A stretch of DNA of 64,000 bases from Eledone cirrhosa (taxonomy: Eukaryota), in assembly GCA_964016885.1 (NCBI GenBank), contig OZ024740.1, positions 307,954,001-308,018,000 of the forward strand, read 5' to 3'. The position numbers were made by a program, and so were the translations under genes. Positions 1 through 11,826 of the stretch are shown one piece after another; the first letter of the stretch is position 1, and each line of letters starts with the position of its first letter. Below the pieces are notes generated by a model. The model was not told the origin of the DNA. It saw only the letters and a list, made by a program, of their open reading frames with translations, and did not search any database.

Positions 1-24
1 ACCCAATTACACCTCTCAAAGGCA

Positions 25-401
25 ATGACACACGACCGTGACTTCTGGCGTCACGCAGTAATACAGAGTACCCGACCTCCCATGGGTACAAGCTGAAGCA
101 TATAGACAATATGCCCCCACCCCCCCCACCGCAAGGTGGTCGTGGAGGTGCCACGGCAAAAAAGTACCCAGCCCACACTGTAAAGTGGACGTGTAGGCGC
201 CACGAAAAAGCACCCAGCACTCACTGTAAATGAGGTTGGTGTTAGGAAGGGCATCCAGCTGTAGAAATCAAGCCAGATCAGTTCCTGTATGAGCAAGGCA
301 TGGTCAGCCGACCAGACACTGCCCACATCAGGACAACCCGTCTAACCCATGCTAGCGTGGAAGAACGGATGTAAAACGGTGATGATGATGATGATGATGA
401 T
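25..401 (+). mobile_element. Non-autonomous RTE-tailed SINE-like element with Meta-like domain (5' end not defined)
   Basis: GGTTGGTGTTAGGAAGGGCATCCAGCTGTAGAAA (Meta-SINE-like domain), 3' end ACCCATGCTAGCGTGGAAGAACGGATGTAAAACGG(TGA)n; near-identical copy at 15252-15648. Confidence 0.8.
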
Positions 402-473
402 GAAATGATGATGATGATATATATATATATATAAAATGAAATGATGATGTTGATGATGATGATATATATATAT

Positions 474-803
474 ATGGAGGCACATGGCTTAGTGGTTAGA
501 ACATTGGGCTTGCAATCGAAAGGTTGTGAGTTCAATTCTCAGTCCGGGTGATGTGTTGTTTCCTTGAGCAAGACACTTTATTTCCCATTGCTCCAGTTTA
601 CTCAGCTTTAGAAATGAGATGACCCTATCATTCCACTGCAAACTGGTCGTGGAGGTGCCACGGCAAAAAAGCACCCAGCACTCATTGTAAATGAGGCTGG
701 TGTTAGGAAGGGCATCCAGCTGTAGAAATCAAGCCAGAATCAGTTCCTGTCCCACCCTTGCAAGCAGGGAAAAGCAGACGTAAAATGATGATGATGATGA
801 TGA
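474..803 (+). mobile_element. tRNA-derived SINE: tRNA head + CORE-like + Meta-like domain + RTE 3' tail
   Basis: Box A TGGCTTAGTGG, box B-like GAGTTCAATTC, CORE-like CCTTGAGCAAGACACTTTATTTC...CTCAGCT..AGAAATGAG, Meta-like AGGAAGGGCATCCAGC; tail TCCCACCCTTGCAAGCAGGGAAAAGCAGACGTAAAA(TGA)n matches the RTE end at ~25250-25321. Confidence 0.9.
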
Positions 804-816
804 TATATATAATAAG

Positions 817-999
817 GAAATGTAGGAATCCCAAATGCAGAAAATATCTGTAACAACAGTTGATCACTCTAAATGATAGCTCAGAAATTCAGGTAAAATA
901 CCCCTATAAATTGAAATTTTACCAGATTTTCTGAGCTATTATTTATTGTGATCGACTGTTGTTACAGTTATTTTCTGTGTTTGGGATTCCCACATTTTC
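817..999. repeat. Imperfect fold-back inverted repeat (~83-bp arms, 16-nt loop)
   Basis: 817-899 is the reverse complement of 916-999 with scattered mismatches. Confidence 0.85.
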
Positions 1000-1178
1000 A
1001 AATTTAAAATTATCCAGTAATTTGATAATTCATGAGATTGGTTAATATTGTATATGAATCCATTTGTGACTTGGCTTACAAGGGAATTTTTGTTGTAAAT
1101 ATAAAATATCTTATTAACTTGAATTGATCACACTACATACAAACACACATACACATACACACATACTCACACACACAA

Positions 1179-1210
<32 letters not shown>

Positions 1211-2126
1211 TCTCTCACTCATACACACACTGACACATACCTCTGAAAGTTGATTGCTCAGTTATTCCAAATGAAGGAGTTCAACATTGCATGTCTCTGC
1301 CCCAGTGGTTGATATGTTAGGCAGGGAGCATGCAGCCTTAACAGTCCAAGGTTTTTAGGGTAAAGGAACCAGATTACACTGACCTCCACCTGACCCGCCC
1401 CTGGCCTAGATCTTACAACCTAGTTTCCTTTTGCAGCTCCTTAGAACCAGCAAAGGAGGAACACAGGAGGAAGGTGAAAGTAAGATGGATGGCAGCCCAA
1501 TGCTGGCAGCCTGCTGCCTGCCTGCTCATGGCATCCAAATGCTAGGAAGGCACACACTGAAGGAATTCTGCCTGCTGGGTGTTGTTCTGTATGTGTATAT
1601 GCTTGTATATGTAGATATATATGTGTGTATGTGTATTTTTTGGTGGTAGAAGTCATCACCATCGATGCAAGATACCATATGTATGTTGGTTGGTAGGTAT
1701 GTGAGTGATGTGTAAGAGAATGTAGCTTTCCAATATGTGTGTGTGTGTGATAGGGATGAAATAAGTGAGATTTAACCCCCCTTTCCTCTAAAACAGAATA
1801 GGGAGAATGGGTGGGTAGCTGAGAAAGAGCAAAAGTTGAGAGAGAATGTATGTAAAAAAAAAGAGAGGGAGAGAGATTGGGTGATATGAAAATAAAAGTG
1901 TTTGTGTGCGTTTGATAGGTGTGTATGTAATGGAAAGGGGGTAGAGAGAAGACAGAGGGTGGGGAGATAAAAAAATACTAAGCAGTTGAAGTCAAAAGAA
2001 TTTTCTCTGGAAATGTCCTTACTCTAAATATAGATTTATATGCTTTCTCTGTCTTTAGCTTCCTTTTTAAATCAAAATATTTAGCAACAAAAGAACATAA
2101 CTAGTGTGTATGTTTATGTTATATAT

Positions 2127-2320
2127 GTTGTTTAGCCCCAGGGCAACCCTGATTGGGTAGATCTATGATCAAAGTCGTTCTAGCCATAACTACCACAAGT
2201 CCTTCCCTTTTAGACATAGTGCATATTATCTAATGTACCCATTCTTTTTTAATGCAGTAGTAATGTGTGATTTTAGTGAGATCTGGTTGCTTGCAACCAC
2301 AAAAAGGCTTCCCTGTTGAC
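2127..2320 (-). mobile_element. Old ~200-bp interspersed repeat with (AAC)n tail (SINE/LINE-tail-like)
   Basis: Motif TTTGATCATAGGTCTGC...GACCTGGGGCTAAACAACAAC; diverged copies at ~8160-8345(+), 13381-13700(-), 30082-30270(-), 30990-31200(+), 38043-38190(-), 41905-42098(+), 42420-42620(+). Confidence 0.65.
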
Positions 2321-2334
2321 AAGCTGTTATATAT

Positions 2335-3240
2335 CATCATCATCATCATCATCAGCAGCATCAGCATCACCCTTATCATTTAATGCCTATTTCTCCCTGT
2401 TAGCAATGGTTGGTCAGGTCTTCACAGGAGTCAATATTTAAGTGGGGTTACTGACCTCCGGGTGGGCATACAATTTCATTCTCTATAAAGTGCATTTTAA
2501 CATTACACCTACAATAAGGAGGTTGTCATTATCTTTGACACATTTGAAAGATCCTCCCAACCCTTTGTTTGGCAAACTTTCTTCAGTTGGATGCCCTCCT
2601 ACCACCAACTTTTACAGTGTGTACTGGGTGTGTCTATCATGTAGATCAGCAACACTAGGGAGATTGTCATGTCCTTGACACAACTGAAGGTTCCTCCCAA
2701 TCCTTTGTTTGGGAAGCTTTTTATAGGTGGATGCCCCTACTATCACCAATCACTTTACAGTGTGTACTGTGTGTGTGTTTATCATATAGATCATCGACAC
2801 TAGAGATGCTGCCATGTTATTGAAACAACTGAAGGATCATCTTGACCCTCTCTTGCATGGTTTCTATTGCTGGGTGCTCTTTCTATTGCCAATCACCATG
2901 CAGGACATTGTGGGTGCATTTTGGAGAGGAAGTTGGTTATTGTCCCAACCCTGTCTGGTTTGGGGTGGGGGAGAAGGAAGATAAGAATGATGTTATGCAT
3001 GTATGGTAGGTGTGGTGAGATTTGAAGGATGATGAGTAGGAAGAAAGTGGTGACTTCCAGTGTAGTCACAGGTGTGTCAGAATGTTTAGAAGGGGGATGT
3101 AGTGATGATGAGGATAGTCAGAAGTCAATAATGGTGGAGGCGTGGATACAGTCATCTCAGTCATAGTTGGGTGGGGTGGGGGTGGGTAGTGATGACGACA
3201 ATAGCTAAGGTGTGGTAGTGGAGGGGGGCGGGGACACAGA
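2335..3240 (-). mobile_element. Non-autonomous element with tandemly repeated ~130-bp Meta-domain units and RTE-like tail
   Basis: Repeated GGATGCCCT..C..A.CACCAA..ACTTTACAGTGTGTACTG.GTG units at ~2520-2920; homologous to 25600-26660(+). Confidence 0.65.
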
Positions 3241-3244
3241 TGGG

Positions 3245-4395
3245 TCTGGTCACATTTTATGCTGGTAGGTGAATCTTCTTAAGTACTGACTATTGTCACT
3301 CCTTGGTCATCTCTGTTGTGAGGTTCATTTTCTTAAGGTTAGTTTTCACTACTTCTTCCCATGTCTTTCTGGATTGAGATTGTCTCTGTATTTCTTTATA
3401 CAGCTCTCATCTTCCATACCAAGTTTTTCTCTCTACATACTTACTTCATTTCTTTCTAGCCTTCATAAGTCTTCTGCCCAAGTTTCACTTCCATGCAGCA
3501 TTGTAGTACGCACATAGGAATGGAATTGTAGTCTACCTTTCACTGAGAGAGAAGCCCTTTGTTGTTAGTAGAGGTACCATCTCCCTAAATCTTTTCCAGC
3601 CTGTTCTTATCTTGGTTATCCCACTTTCAAAGCATCCTCCCCTCACTGTTGATTTGGTAACCTAGGTAACAAAAGCTATCAACAACTTCTAAAGAGCTTC
3701 CCTGGCAACTGAGGGCATTTATTTCACATGTACTTTTAGAGCTTGCTTCTCCTGTGCATCTGCCACATTACAAAGTCTATCTTCTCCATTAATCCGCTTG
3801 TAATCCCACAACATATCTTGTGCATCTATAGATTACACAGTGCCCATTATGGAATTTCTGCCCACCCTTTTCTGACACATCGAACAAAGTGGTATCAGCC
3901 TTCTGCATCTTTCCTACTTATTAAGACTTTCATCTTTGCTAAATTTATTTTTAGAGTTTCAACTCTAGATTTTTCTTCCCTGCCTGGAATTTCAGCCATG
4001 AGTTTCAGTCATCAGCATATAGTTCCCTTGGAGTGCCAGTTTGAAACTCCTCAGTGATGGCCTAAAAAACAATCATAAACAAAAATGGACTGAGGACTGA
4101 GCTCTGGTGAACCCCAACTTGCACTGCACATTCATCACTGTACTCATTGCCAGCTCTCACCTTGCTGGTTGTACCTTTATGCACAAGTCATTTATCTATA
4201 CCTAGCTTCTTAAGTGGCTAACAGATTACAGAACAGGAGACCCTGTTGAAGGCTTTCTCTAGATCTACAATGGCTTATTCTTAGTTACCTCTCCTGTAGT
4301 TGTCTCACCAGAAAAAGGGCATTAACAGCACCCCTGCCTGGCATGAAGCCAAACTGCATCTCAGCTAACTTGATTTTGTTCTTAATTAGTTGTGT
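3245..4395 (-). mobile_element. Degenerate RTE-clade LINE fragment (RT region, family A)
   Basis: Minus-strand motifs EMQFGFMPG, VDLEKAF, ITEEFQTG..RELYADD, similar to the element at 22778-25321. Confidence 0.85.
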
Positions 4396-4604
4396 ATATG
4401 TAGGTGTCTATGCATAACTGAATAGATAAGAAGTTTATTTTGCAATCATGAGGATACTGGTTGATCCCACTGAGTGACATCTTGGGCTAATTTCATTTAC
4501 TTGTGAGTGGAATTGAGTAAATAGAAACTGGAGGAGGGGGGGGGGGGAAGAGAGAGGTGGAGGGCTGTATCAAAGTCAAAACTTAGAAAATATCCCTCCT
4601 GTAA

Positions 4605-6240
4605 TAACATAGTCATAGGAGGAATAACATCTATGAGTCTAGTCATAAAGAGAATAAAGTCTATTATTCTAGTCATAGGGAGAATAACATCTATAATTCT
4701 AGTCATAAAGGGAATAATATCTATGATTCTTGTCATAAGGGGAATAATACCTATGTTCTAGTCATAAAGGGAATAACATCTTTGATTCTAGTCATAGGAG
4801 GAATACATCTATGATTCTAGTCATAAAGGGAATAACATCTTTGATTCTAGTCATAGGAGGAATACATCTATGTTCTAGTCATAAAGGGAATAACATCTAT
4901 GATTCTAGTCATAGGAGGAATACATCTATGTTCTAGTCATAAAGGGAATAACATCTATGATTCTAGTCATAAAGGGAATAACATCTTTGATTCTAGTCAT
5001 AGGAGGAATACATCTATGATTCTAGTCATAAAGGGAATAACATCTTTGATTCTAGTCATAGGAGGAATACATCTATGTTCTAGTCATAGGAGGAATACAT
5101 CTATGATTCTAGTCATAGGAGGAATACATCTATGATTCTAGTCATAAAGGGAATAACATCTTTGATTCTAGTCATAGGACGAATACATCTATGTTCTAGT
5201 CATAGGAGGAATACATCTATGTTCTAGTCATAGGAGGAATACATCTATGATTCTAGTCATAGGAGGAATACATCTATGATTCTAGTCATAGGGGGAATAC
5301 ATCTATGATTCTAGTCATAGGAGGAATACATCTATGATTCTAGTCATAGGGGGAATACATCTATGATTCTAGTCATAAAGGGAATAACATCTTTGATTCT
5401 AGTCATAGGAGGAATACATCTATGATTCTAGTCATAGGAGGAATACATCTATGATTCTAGTCATAGGAAGAATACATCTATGATTCTAGTTATAAAGGGA
5501 ATAACATCTATGATTCTAGTCATAGGAGGAATACATCTATGTTCTAGTCATAGGAGGAATACATCTATGATTCTAGTCATAGGGGGAATACATCTATGAT
5601 TCTAGTCATAGGAGGAATACATCTATGTTCTAGTCATAGGAGGAATACATCTATGTTCTAGTCATAGGAGGAATACATCTATGTTCTAGTCATAGGAGGA
5701 ATACATCTATGTTCTAGTCATAGGAGGAATACATCTATGATTCTAGTCATAGGAGGAATACATCTATGATTCTAGTCATAGGAAGAATACATCTATGATT
5801 CTAGTTATAAAGGGAATAACATCTATGATTCTAGTCATAGGAGGAATACATCTATGATTCTAGTCATAGGAGGAATACATCTATGATTCTAGTCATAGGA
5901 GGAATACATCTATGATTCTAGTCATAGGAAGAATACATCTATGATTCTAGTTATAAAGGGAATAACATCTATGATTCTAGTCATAGGAGGAATACATCTA
6001 TGATTCTAGTCATAGGAGGAATACATCTATGATTCTAGTCATAGGAAGAATACATCTATGATTCTAGTTATAAAGGGAATAACATCTATGATTCTAGTCA
6101 TAGGAGGAATACATCTATGTTCTAGTCATAGGAGGAATACATCTATGTTCTAGTCATAGGAGGAATACAGCTATGTTCTAGTCTCAAAGGTTATACCTAG
6201 CCATAAGGAGAATAACATCTAAGTCTAGTCATAAGAAGAA
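4605..6240. repeat. Minisatellite, 28-30-bp unit TCTAGTCATAGGAGGAATACATCTATGAT (~55 copies)
   Basis: Head-to-tail units with interspersed variants (AAAGGGAATAAC; ATGTTC; GGAAGAA/GTTATAAA) and degenerate edges; no unique spacers. Confidence 0.95.
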
Positions 6241-6369
6241 TAACAATAGGATAATATGGAGCTTGAGGAAGTGGAAGTTAGTCCTTGATGTAGTGGCAGA
6301 AACAGAGCTCATCAGGAAGATTGTTCTCAAACAAAGAACAGTCTGTTATATTTCAGAATGAGAGAGAGT

Positions 6370-6414
<45 letters not shown>

Positions 6415-6584
6415 ACATGTGCACATGTGTGTGTGTGTATACAGTGTTAAACAGAAATATAAGTACAACAGTTTGAATCTGTAGAGGAGTGTCAATGACT
6501 ACAAACTTCAGAAGATACAGAATAAAAAAATATGTATATGAAAACATGTAAAGACTGTGGTGTGCTATGAGGCCATTTTCTGTC

Positions 6585-6785
6585 ATCATCATCATCATCT
6601 ATATTTTATATCTGTTTTTCATGCTTGACTGGGTTGGATGGATCTTTCCGACCACAGCATTCCTTCACTTCAATCATGATGGTTTTTTTGTCAACTTGAC
6701 TGTGAGATTCAGTGATTTGGGATCAGCTCTCACAACTTCTGCCCAGGTTTTCCTTGGCCTCCCTCTACTGTGGCTCCCTTCACTG
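6585..6785 (-). mobile_element. RTE family A 3' end fragment
   Basis: Reverse complement encodes RGRPRKTWAEVVRAD, followed by an RTE-like tail and (GAT)n. Confidence 0.7.
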
Positions 6786-7689
6786 AGATTTCTTGGCGTT
6801 ACTTCACCCAACAATCATAACATTTAACAGAGTAATGTAAATGCTAAAGGGTTAAGACTATATTTATCATGTGATCAATATAATGAATCATTTTAGTCAA
6901 ATACAAGTTTAGTGAATTTATTTATTTTCATTAATACATTTATACATTTTTCTTTAACTACTATTACCGACAGTGGCAAATATACAGTCCACAAATTACC
7001 TGGCATATCATGACAACACTTTAGTATATATATATTCTTTATTGAATAACCACAGCATATATAGTATATCTACAATAGATATTTCACACTCTATACTCAC
7101 ACTATATATTTATCTAGTATATCTGCACAGTATATTTTATTTATATATTATAAGAAAGTTTTACATCCTTCAGTGCAAATGTTCTTAGTGATGGAGAGAG
7201 CTCTATATCCTTTTATACTGGAAGACATATTTATCAATAAAGTATTGAGATTTTAATGATTTTGTTTTGTTTTTATCATTATTAAGCATGAGTGCAATAT
7301 TTTGAAAGAGACAGGGAATATAGTCATTGGAATCATATAGAATATTACTGCTACATAATGTAGCAAACTGTTGAGATATAAAATAAAAAGTTAATCCTGA
7401 ATGATTTGGATTAATAACTGAGAAAACAAAAAGGTTTATTCCAAAGCTTGATAATCTCTATCCACTCATCACCATTAACTTTATTGAAAGCCATTCAAGA
7501 ACATACACACCTTATACATTGAGACACAGTGGTCATGAGAGTAAGGTGCTTCACTGCTAGTTGTATGTGGTTCAAACTTTGATTCTACAACCATCGTGTG
7601 TGTTCCTGCTTGTTTCAGTTTTCACAGTTGAGCAGTTATTTGCAGGAAGGTCATCCAAATGTAAAGATTTTTTTTTTACCAAGATGGAA

Positions 7690-7722
7690 TCAGATGCCAA
7701 AAGTCCTTTCATGGGTTTCTTG
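7690..7722 (-). CDS. Candidate terminal coding exon of an unknown host gene (QETHERTFGI*)
   Basis: Minus-strand acceptor TTTATTTGTTTTTGCTTCATCAG at 7723-7745; downstream unique AT-rich sequence with several AATAAA (~6920-7485); product not recognised. Confidence 0.25.
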   Translation of the reverse strand, partial: QETHERTFGI

Positions 7723-8010
7723 CTGATGAAGCAAAAACAAATAAATAAAAATAAAAACCAACATATGTTTTTAATACATAATAGAAAAACTGTTGTTTCA
7801 GTACAGTATATAAACCCTTAGGTGTGGAGGGGTGGTTATGCATGTGTGTAGGGAATTTGTGTATATGTGTATATATGTGTGTGTATGGGAGGGGATAGTA
7901 TGCAAGCATGTGTATGTGTGAGTATGTGTATTATCTCTGTGTGTAAATGTTATAATTGTTATTGCATACAGAATACTTTTCTTGTTTCTCTTTCCTTTAT
8001 AAACACATGC

Positions 8011-8050
<40 letters not shown>

Positions 8051-8350
8051 ATTTAAAGGGTTAGTATATGCCCCTGTCAATAATAGATCAGCACTTGCCT
8101 TTTTCCCCTTGCCCAATATATATCTTAAATATGTTTAATATATAAAACTAACACAATGGAACCCCTATGCAATTAATTGGTTTGCTAGAAATAATAACCA
8201 AGTTTCTTTCAAATCATATTCTACTATCTTAAAGTAAATAAGAAGTGTAGTCTGGATAATCTAGTTTTAGGTACACTAGGTTTGAAAAGAAAATGGGATG
8301 GTCACAGCTTGAATGCCTTTGATCATAAGCCTGACCTGGTTAGAAATCAT

Positions 8351-8545
8351 GTGGATTGGCAGTATCGGTAGAGGGTTGGACGCCATGCTTTGATGCATAG
8401 AGTTACGGCCCTTGCCATTCTGAGTTTAAATCCCGCCGCGGTTAACTTTGCCTTTCATCCTTACGGGGTCGATAAAATAAAGTACCAGTAATACACTGGA
8501 TAATTGCTGGCCTTGTGCCAAAAGTAGAAACAATTATTATGATTA
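8351..8545 (+). mobile_element. tRNA-derived SINE with Nin/Deu-like central domain
   Basis: GGATTGGCAGTATCGGTAGAG head, GAGTT(C/T)AAATCCCGCC box B, GCCTTTCATCCTTACGGGGTCGATAAAATAAAGTACCAG, (ATT)n tail. Confidence 0.85.
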
Positions 8546-8849
8546 TTAGGACTGCAACTGGCAGAATCATATAATACTGGAGTATGTTTGGGACTATTTC
8601 CCTGTTTTTGAATGAGATGCTGACACAGTGCTTAGGTTCGGTATTCTCTCCATCAGTATAAACAAACAGCTCTCAGAAAAATAGAGACGATTGCTAATCA
8701 GTGAGGCCTCCCAATTATGGCAACTAATATAGAGACAAATACAAAAATACCTTAAAATGACAACTCTATGTTTTCCTGGGACAATAGTCAAAAGGTTAGA
8801 ACAGCAAATTCAGTAAAATATAGAACTAATTAAATAAAGTAACCGTCTC

Positions 8850-9405
8850 CCCAAATGAGACCAGCCGAGTTCATGAATGTTATCCAACCAACTTGTGCAG
8901 AGTCTACCTCTGGGTCTCCTGCCAGCTGGCTTTGCTCATAAAATCTGCCCAGCGATTCTTTCCTGAGACATTCTGTAAATATCACTATGATCTTCAATTT
9001 GGGGAAGTAGTGACTCTACCTGGAGTGACACTCTGATCTTCGAGCTACATACTCTATTGAGTAACGTTACTCCAAAGACCCTTCGGTAGAACTCCATTTT
9101 GGCCACTTGTATTCACAATCATATTCTTTTGGTCATTACCCAAGATTCATGACTATAGGTGAGGGTTGGCACAAATACTGAATTGAAGATAACAAGTTTG
9201 GCTTTTACACTTACCTCCATTCTTCTGATGACCAAATACTGAAGCTGGCACATTACTCACCAGCTTTTGCAATTCTTGCACTTAATTCAGCCTCCTGCCT
9301 TCTATCACATGTAAACACAACCCCAAGATACTTGAACTTCTCTATCCTCTTCAGTGGAACTCCACATTCATGTAGAGTGTAGTGCACAGGCTTACTTGAG
9401 AGAAC
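8850..9405 (-). mobile_element. RTE-clade LINE fragment (family B, C-terminal RT region)
   Basis: Reverse complement matches 28800-29050 and 59400-59930 (FKYLGVVFT, YSHESWVM, RMSQERIAGQI). Confidence 0.8.
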
Positions 9406-9435
9406 AAATAATTATTATTATCATTATTATTATTT

Positions 9436-9657
9436 GAATTGGCAGTATCGGTTGAGCATCAGGCACAATGCTTTGCAGTATAGAGTTATGGTCTTTTATG
9501 TTCTGAGTTAAAATACTGCTGAGGTTATCCTTGCCTTTCATCCTTACAGGGTCGATAAGATAAAGTACCAGTAATGCACTGGGGTCAATTTAATCGACTT
9601 TCTCCTCCCCCCAAATTGTTGGCCTTGTGCCTAAATCAGAAACCATTATTATTATTT
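9436..9657 (+). mobile_element. Nin/Deu-domain tRNA SINE (long variant)
   Basis: Same head and GCCTTTCATCC...GTACCAG domain as 8351-8545, plus a GGGGTCAATTTAATCGAC segment. Confidence 0.85.
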
Positions 9658-10147
9658 GCATTATAAAGACTTGGATTAATAATGCAAAATAAAAAAAAGA
9701 TTAATAATTAATAAGATAGTTTCTCATTCCCCAGTAATAATGGAAAATAAATTTCTAGAAGACTTAGATTAATTGCAGAAAATAAAACTCTTTGAAAGAA
9801 TGTTTTGGTCCTGGGCTTTAATTGAAATTCGAGCTTTTTGCCTTTCTCCATTTTTTTTTTGCTTCTTCAATAAATAAGCTAAAAGTGTGAATGTGTGTTT
9901 GTGAGTATCAGTGTGAGTGTAAGTATGAGAGAGGGGTGTATAGAGAGAATAGTATTAATGAAACCTGAATAGCAGAAAGTGGAGGTGGAGAAAATTGTTG
10001 TAGAAGTAGTAGAAACTAAAGAAGTCAATCAATTTTACTGACTTCTTCTGTACTCCCCACTAAACTTCTGATAGTTCTGATTAATTCAAGATTAGTAGTT
10101 GGTGTAGTTCACAACTCAACTTAGCTGCAATCTGCTTGGATCAGGTT

Positions 10148-10223
<76 letters not shown>

Positions 10224-10244
10224 TTATATATATATATATATATA

Positions 10245-10612
10245 TATAAGGAAAAGAAATCGAAAATGCAACTGGAGTCTTTTTAAGAATATTTATTTAT
10301 TTCCTTTACCGGTTTCACAGTTCTTATGCTTTCCAAATGCATAATTGAGATGGAGGGTTTGCGGTTTGTTTCACATCTGAGTATTGATGTATATGGGACA
10401 CAAACCCACATTTTTGGTTTGCCGGACCAACCAATATGTTACCATTATACCAACACGCCACAAACGCCCCATCTCAATTATACTTTTCAAAAGCATAAGA
10501 ACTGTGAAACTGGTAAAGGAAATAAATAAATATTCTTAAAAAGACTCCAGTTGCATTTTCGATTTCTTTTCCTTATACGTTCACCCGTGTAGGACATCTC
10601 ATTCTTTTCATT
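10245..10612. mobile_element. Fold-back element (~115-bp arms), Penelope pLTR/retrozyme-like
   Basis: 10245-~10362 is the reverse complement of ~10457-10577; arms contain GAAACCGGTA/GAAACTGGTA followed by AATAAA; second single-arm copy at 18665-18850. Confidence 0.7.
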
Positions 10613-10668
10613 AACCCCCTCCCCCTCTAACCCCTCATTTTCTTATATATATACATATACATATATAA

Positions 10669-10712
<44 letters not shown>

Positions 10713-10885
10713 GTATAAATATATATACATATACATATATATAAAGAGAGGACAAGACAATGAACAAAAACAATTTTTTAAGGGAAATCTTAAAAAATGA
10801 TTTAAAAAAATGAAAATACAAGTGAAGGACACATCACTCCAGGATCATCAGCTGTTGAGGTGGACTTTGGAAGTTTCGCCCCTAC

Positions 10886-10937
10886 CAACAGTGCTGCTAG
10901 TTCACCCAGAGTCACAGCATCTGACACAAGCCAAACG
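10886..10937 (-). CDS. Candidate 52-nt host exon
   Basis: Acceptor TTTTGTCCCTTGTCTTTACTCCAATGGACAG, possible donor TTG|GTAGGG; one frame gives VWLVSDAVTLGELAALL, another ends FGLCQML*. Confidence 0.25.
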
Positions 10938-11114
10938 CTGTCCATTGGAGTAAAGACAAGGGACAAAACATTAATTTATAGCAATTAAGCTACAAGTAGA
11001 CAGAATTTTATGTGATGTCAAGGAAAAAGTGTGATGCCTCTTACAGCACGAGAATCATGAATGAAAAATAAAAAAAATAAAAAAATAAAGGAAGAAGAAA
11101 GCAAGAAGAAGAAA

Positions 11115-11160
<46 letters not shown>

Positions 11161-11254
11161 GTTTACATATATATAAAGTCATAGATATATATGTGTTTTG
11201 CAACGGGTCACATTGTGGCTCAATGAAGAATTAATAAATTAAATAATCTGAGCT

Positions 11255-11587
11255 ATATATCATAAAACACGTCTTTAGAATCACTAGATATAATATATAC
11301 CATTTCCTCTCCCAATTAGCATAATTAACCATATAAAACATCAATTAGACCAAGCTATAAGAATAAAGGCTCCTATAAAGAAATCTCCGACAAATAACCG
11401 AAAGCAGCCCCTTCGCGGTGGCTATGGTGGAGTATTTATCGAACATTTCGACAGCATGTAGAAATCGACCAGATATACAGTCAACTAAACACAATTAGGT
11501 GTAAAATAAACTTAGAAGAAATGCGTACATATTTAATTACCTTAAATATGTATCTAGTGATTCTAAAGACATGTTTTATGATATATA
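11255..11587. mobile_element. Fold-back element with ~37-bp terminal inverted arms
   Basis: ATATATCATAAAACACGTCTTTAGAATCACTAGATA vs TATCTAGTGATTCTAAAGACATGTTTTATGATATAT; the same end sequence occurs at ~15190-15245. Confidence 0.7.
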
Positions 11588-11593
11588 TATATA

Positions 11594-11731
11594 TAACGAA
11601 GGAAAAGTGGTAAGGAACCAGGTGGACCATAACGCACCAAAGTACTCAATACTTAGGGTAGTAGAGTGGGTAATAGGAACAAGTAAGACCCCGACGGCTG
11701 AGCTCAAGCCGTTTCGACGGCTAATTCTGGA
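11594..11731 (-). mobile_element. 3' half of an HHR-bearing element (same family as 61283-61477)
   Basis: Near-identical to 61283-61420; minus strand reads ...GCCGTC-GAAAC-GGCTTGAGCTCAGCC-GTC-GGGGTC. Confidence 0.75.
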
Positions 11732-11787
11732 CTGTGGTGACAGTAAAGTTTGCAATTTTCTGCAAACTTTACTGTCACCACAGAATA

Positions 11788-11826
11788 TGAACCTGAAGAT
11801 TGCGAAAGCAAGAAAGTACTTGTTCA
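11788..11826 (+). ncRNA. Minimal type I hammerhead ribozyme
   Basis: TGAAC-CTGAAGA-TTGC GAAA GCAA-GAAA-GTAC-TT-GTTCA: stem I TGAAC/GTTCA, stem II TTGC/GCAA with GAAA loop, palindromic stem III AAGTACTT, predicted cut after 11821 (CUU). Confidence 0.85.

Noticed and set aside
474-555. tRNA gene (GCA anticodon-like), also at 14384-14461 and 18302-18380
   Set aside because: It continues into a SINE body in the full copies and the acceptor stem is poor, so it is treated as a SINE head
1290-1590. Possible LINE 5'-UTR ribozyme (HDV- or twister-like) on the minus strand
   Set aside because: I could not build a consistent pseudoknot by eye
4605-6240. CRISPR-like array (29-bp repeats)
   Set aside because: Units are head-to-tail with no unique spacers, there are no cas genes, and the context is eukaryotic
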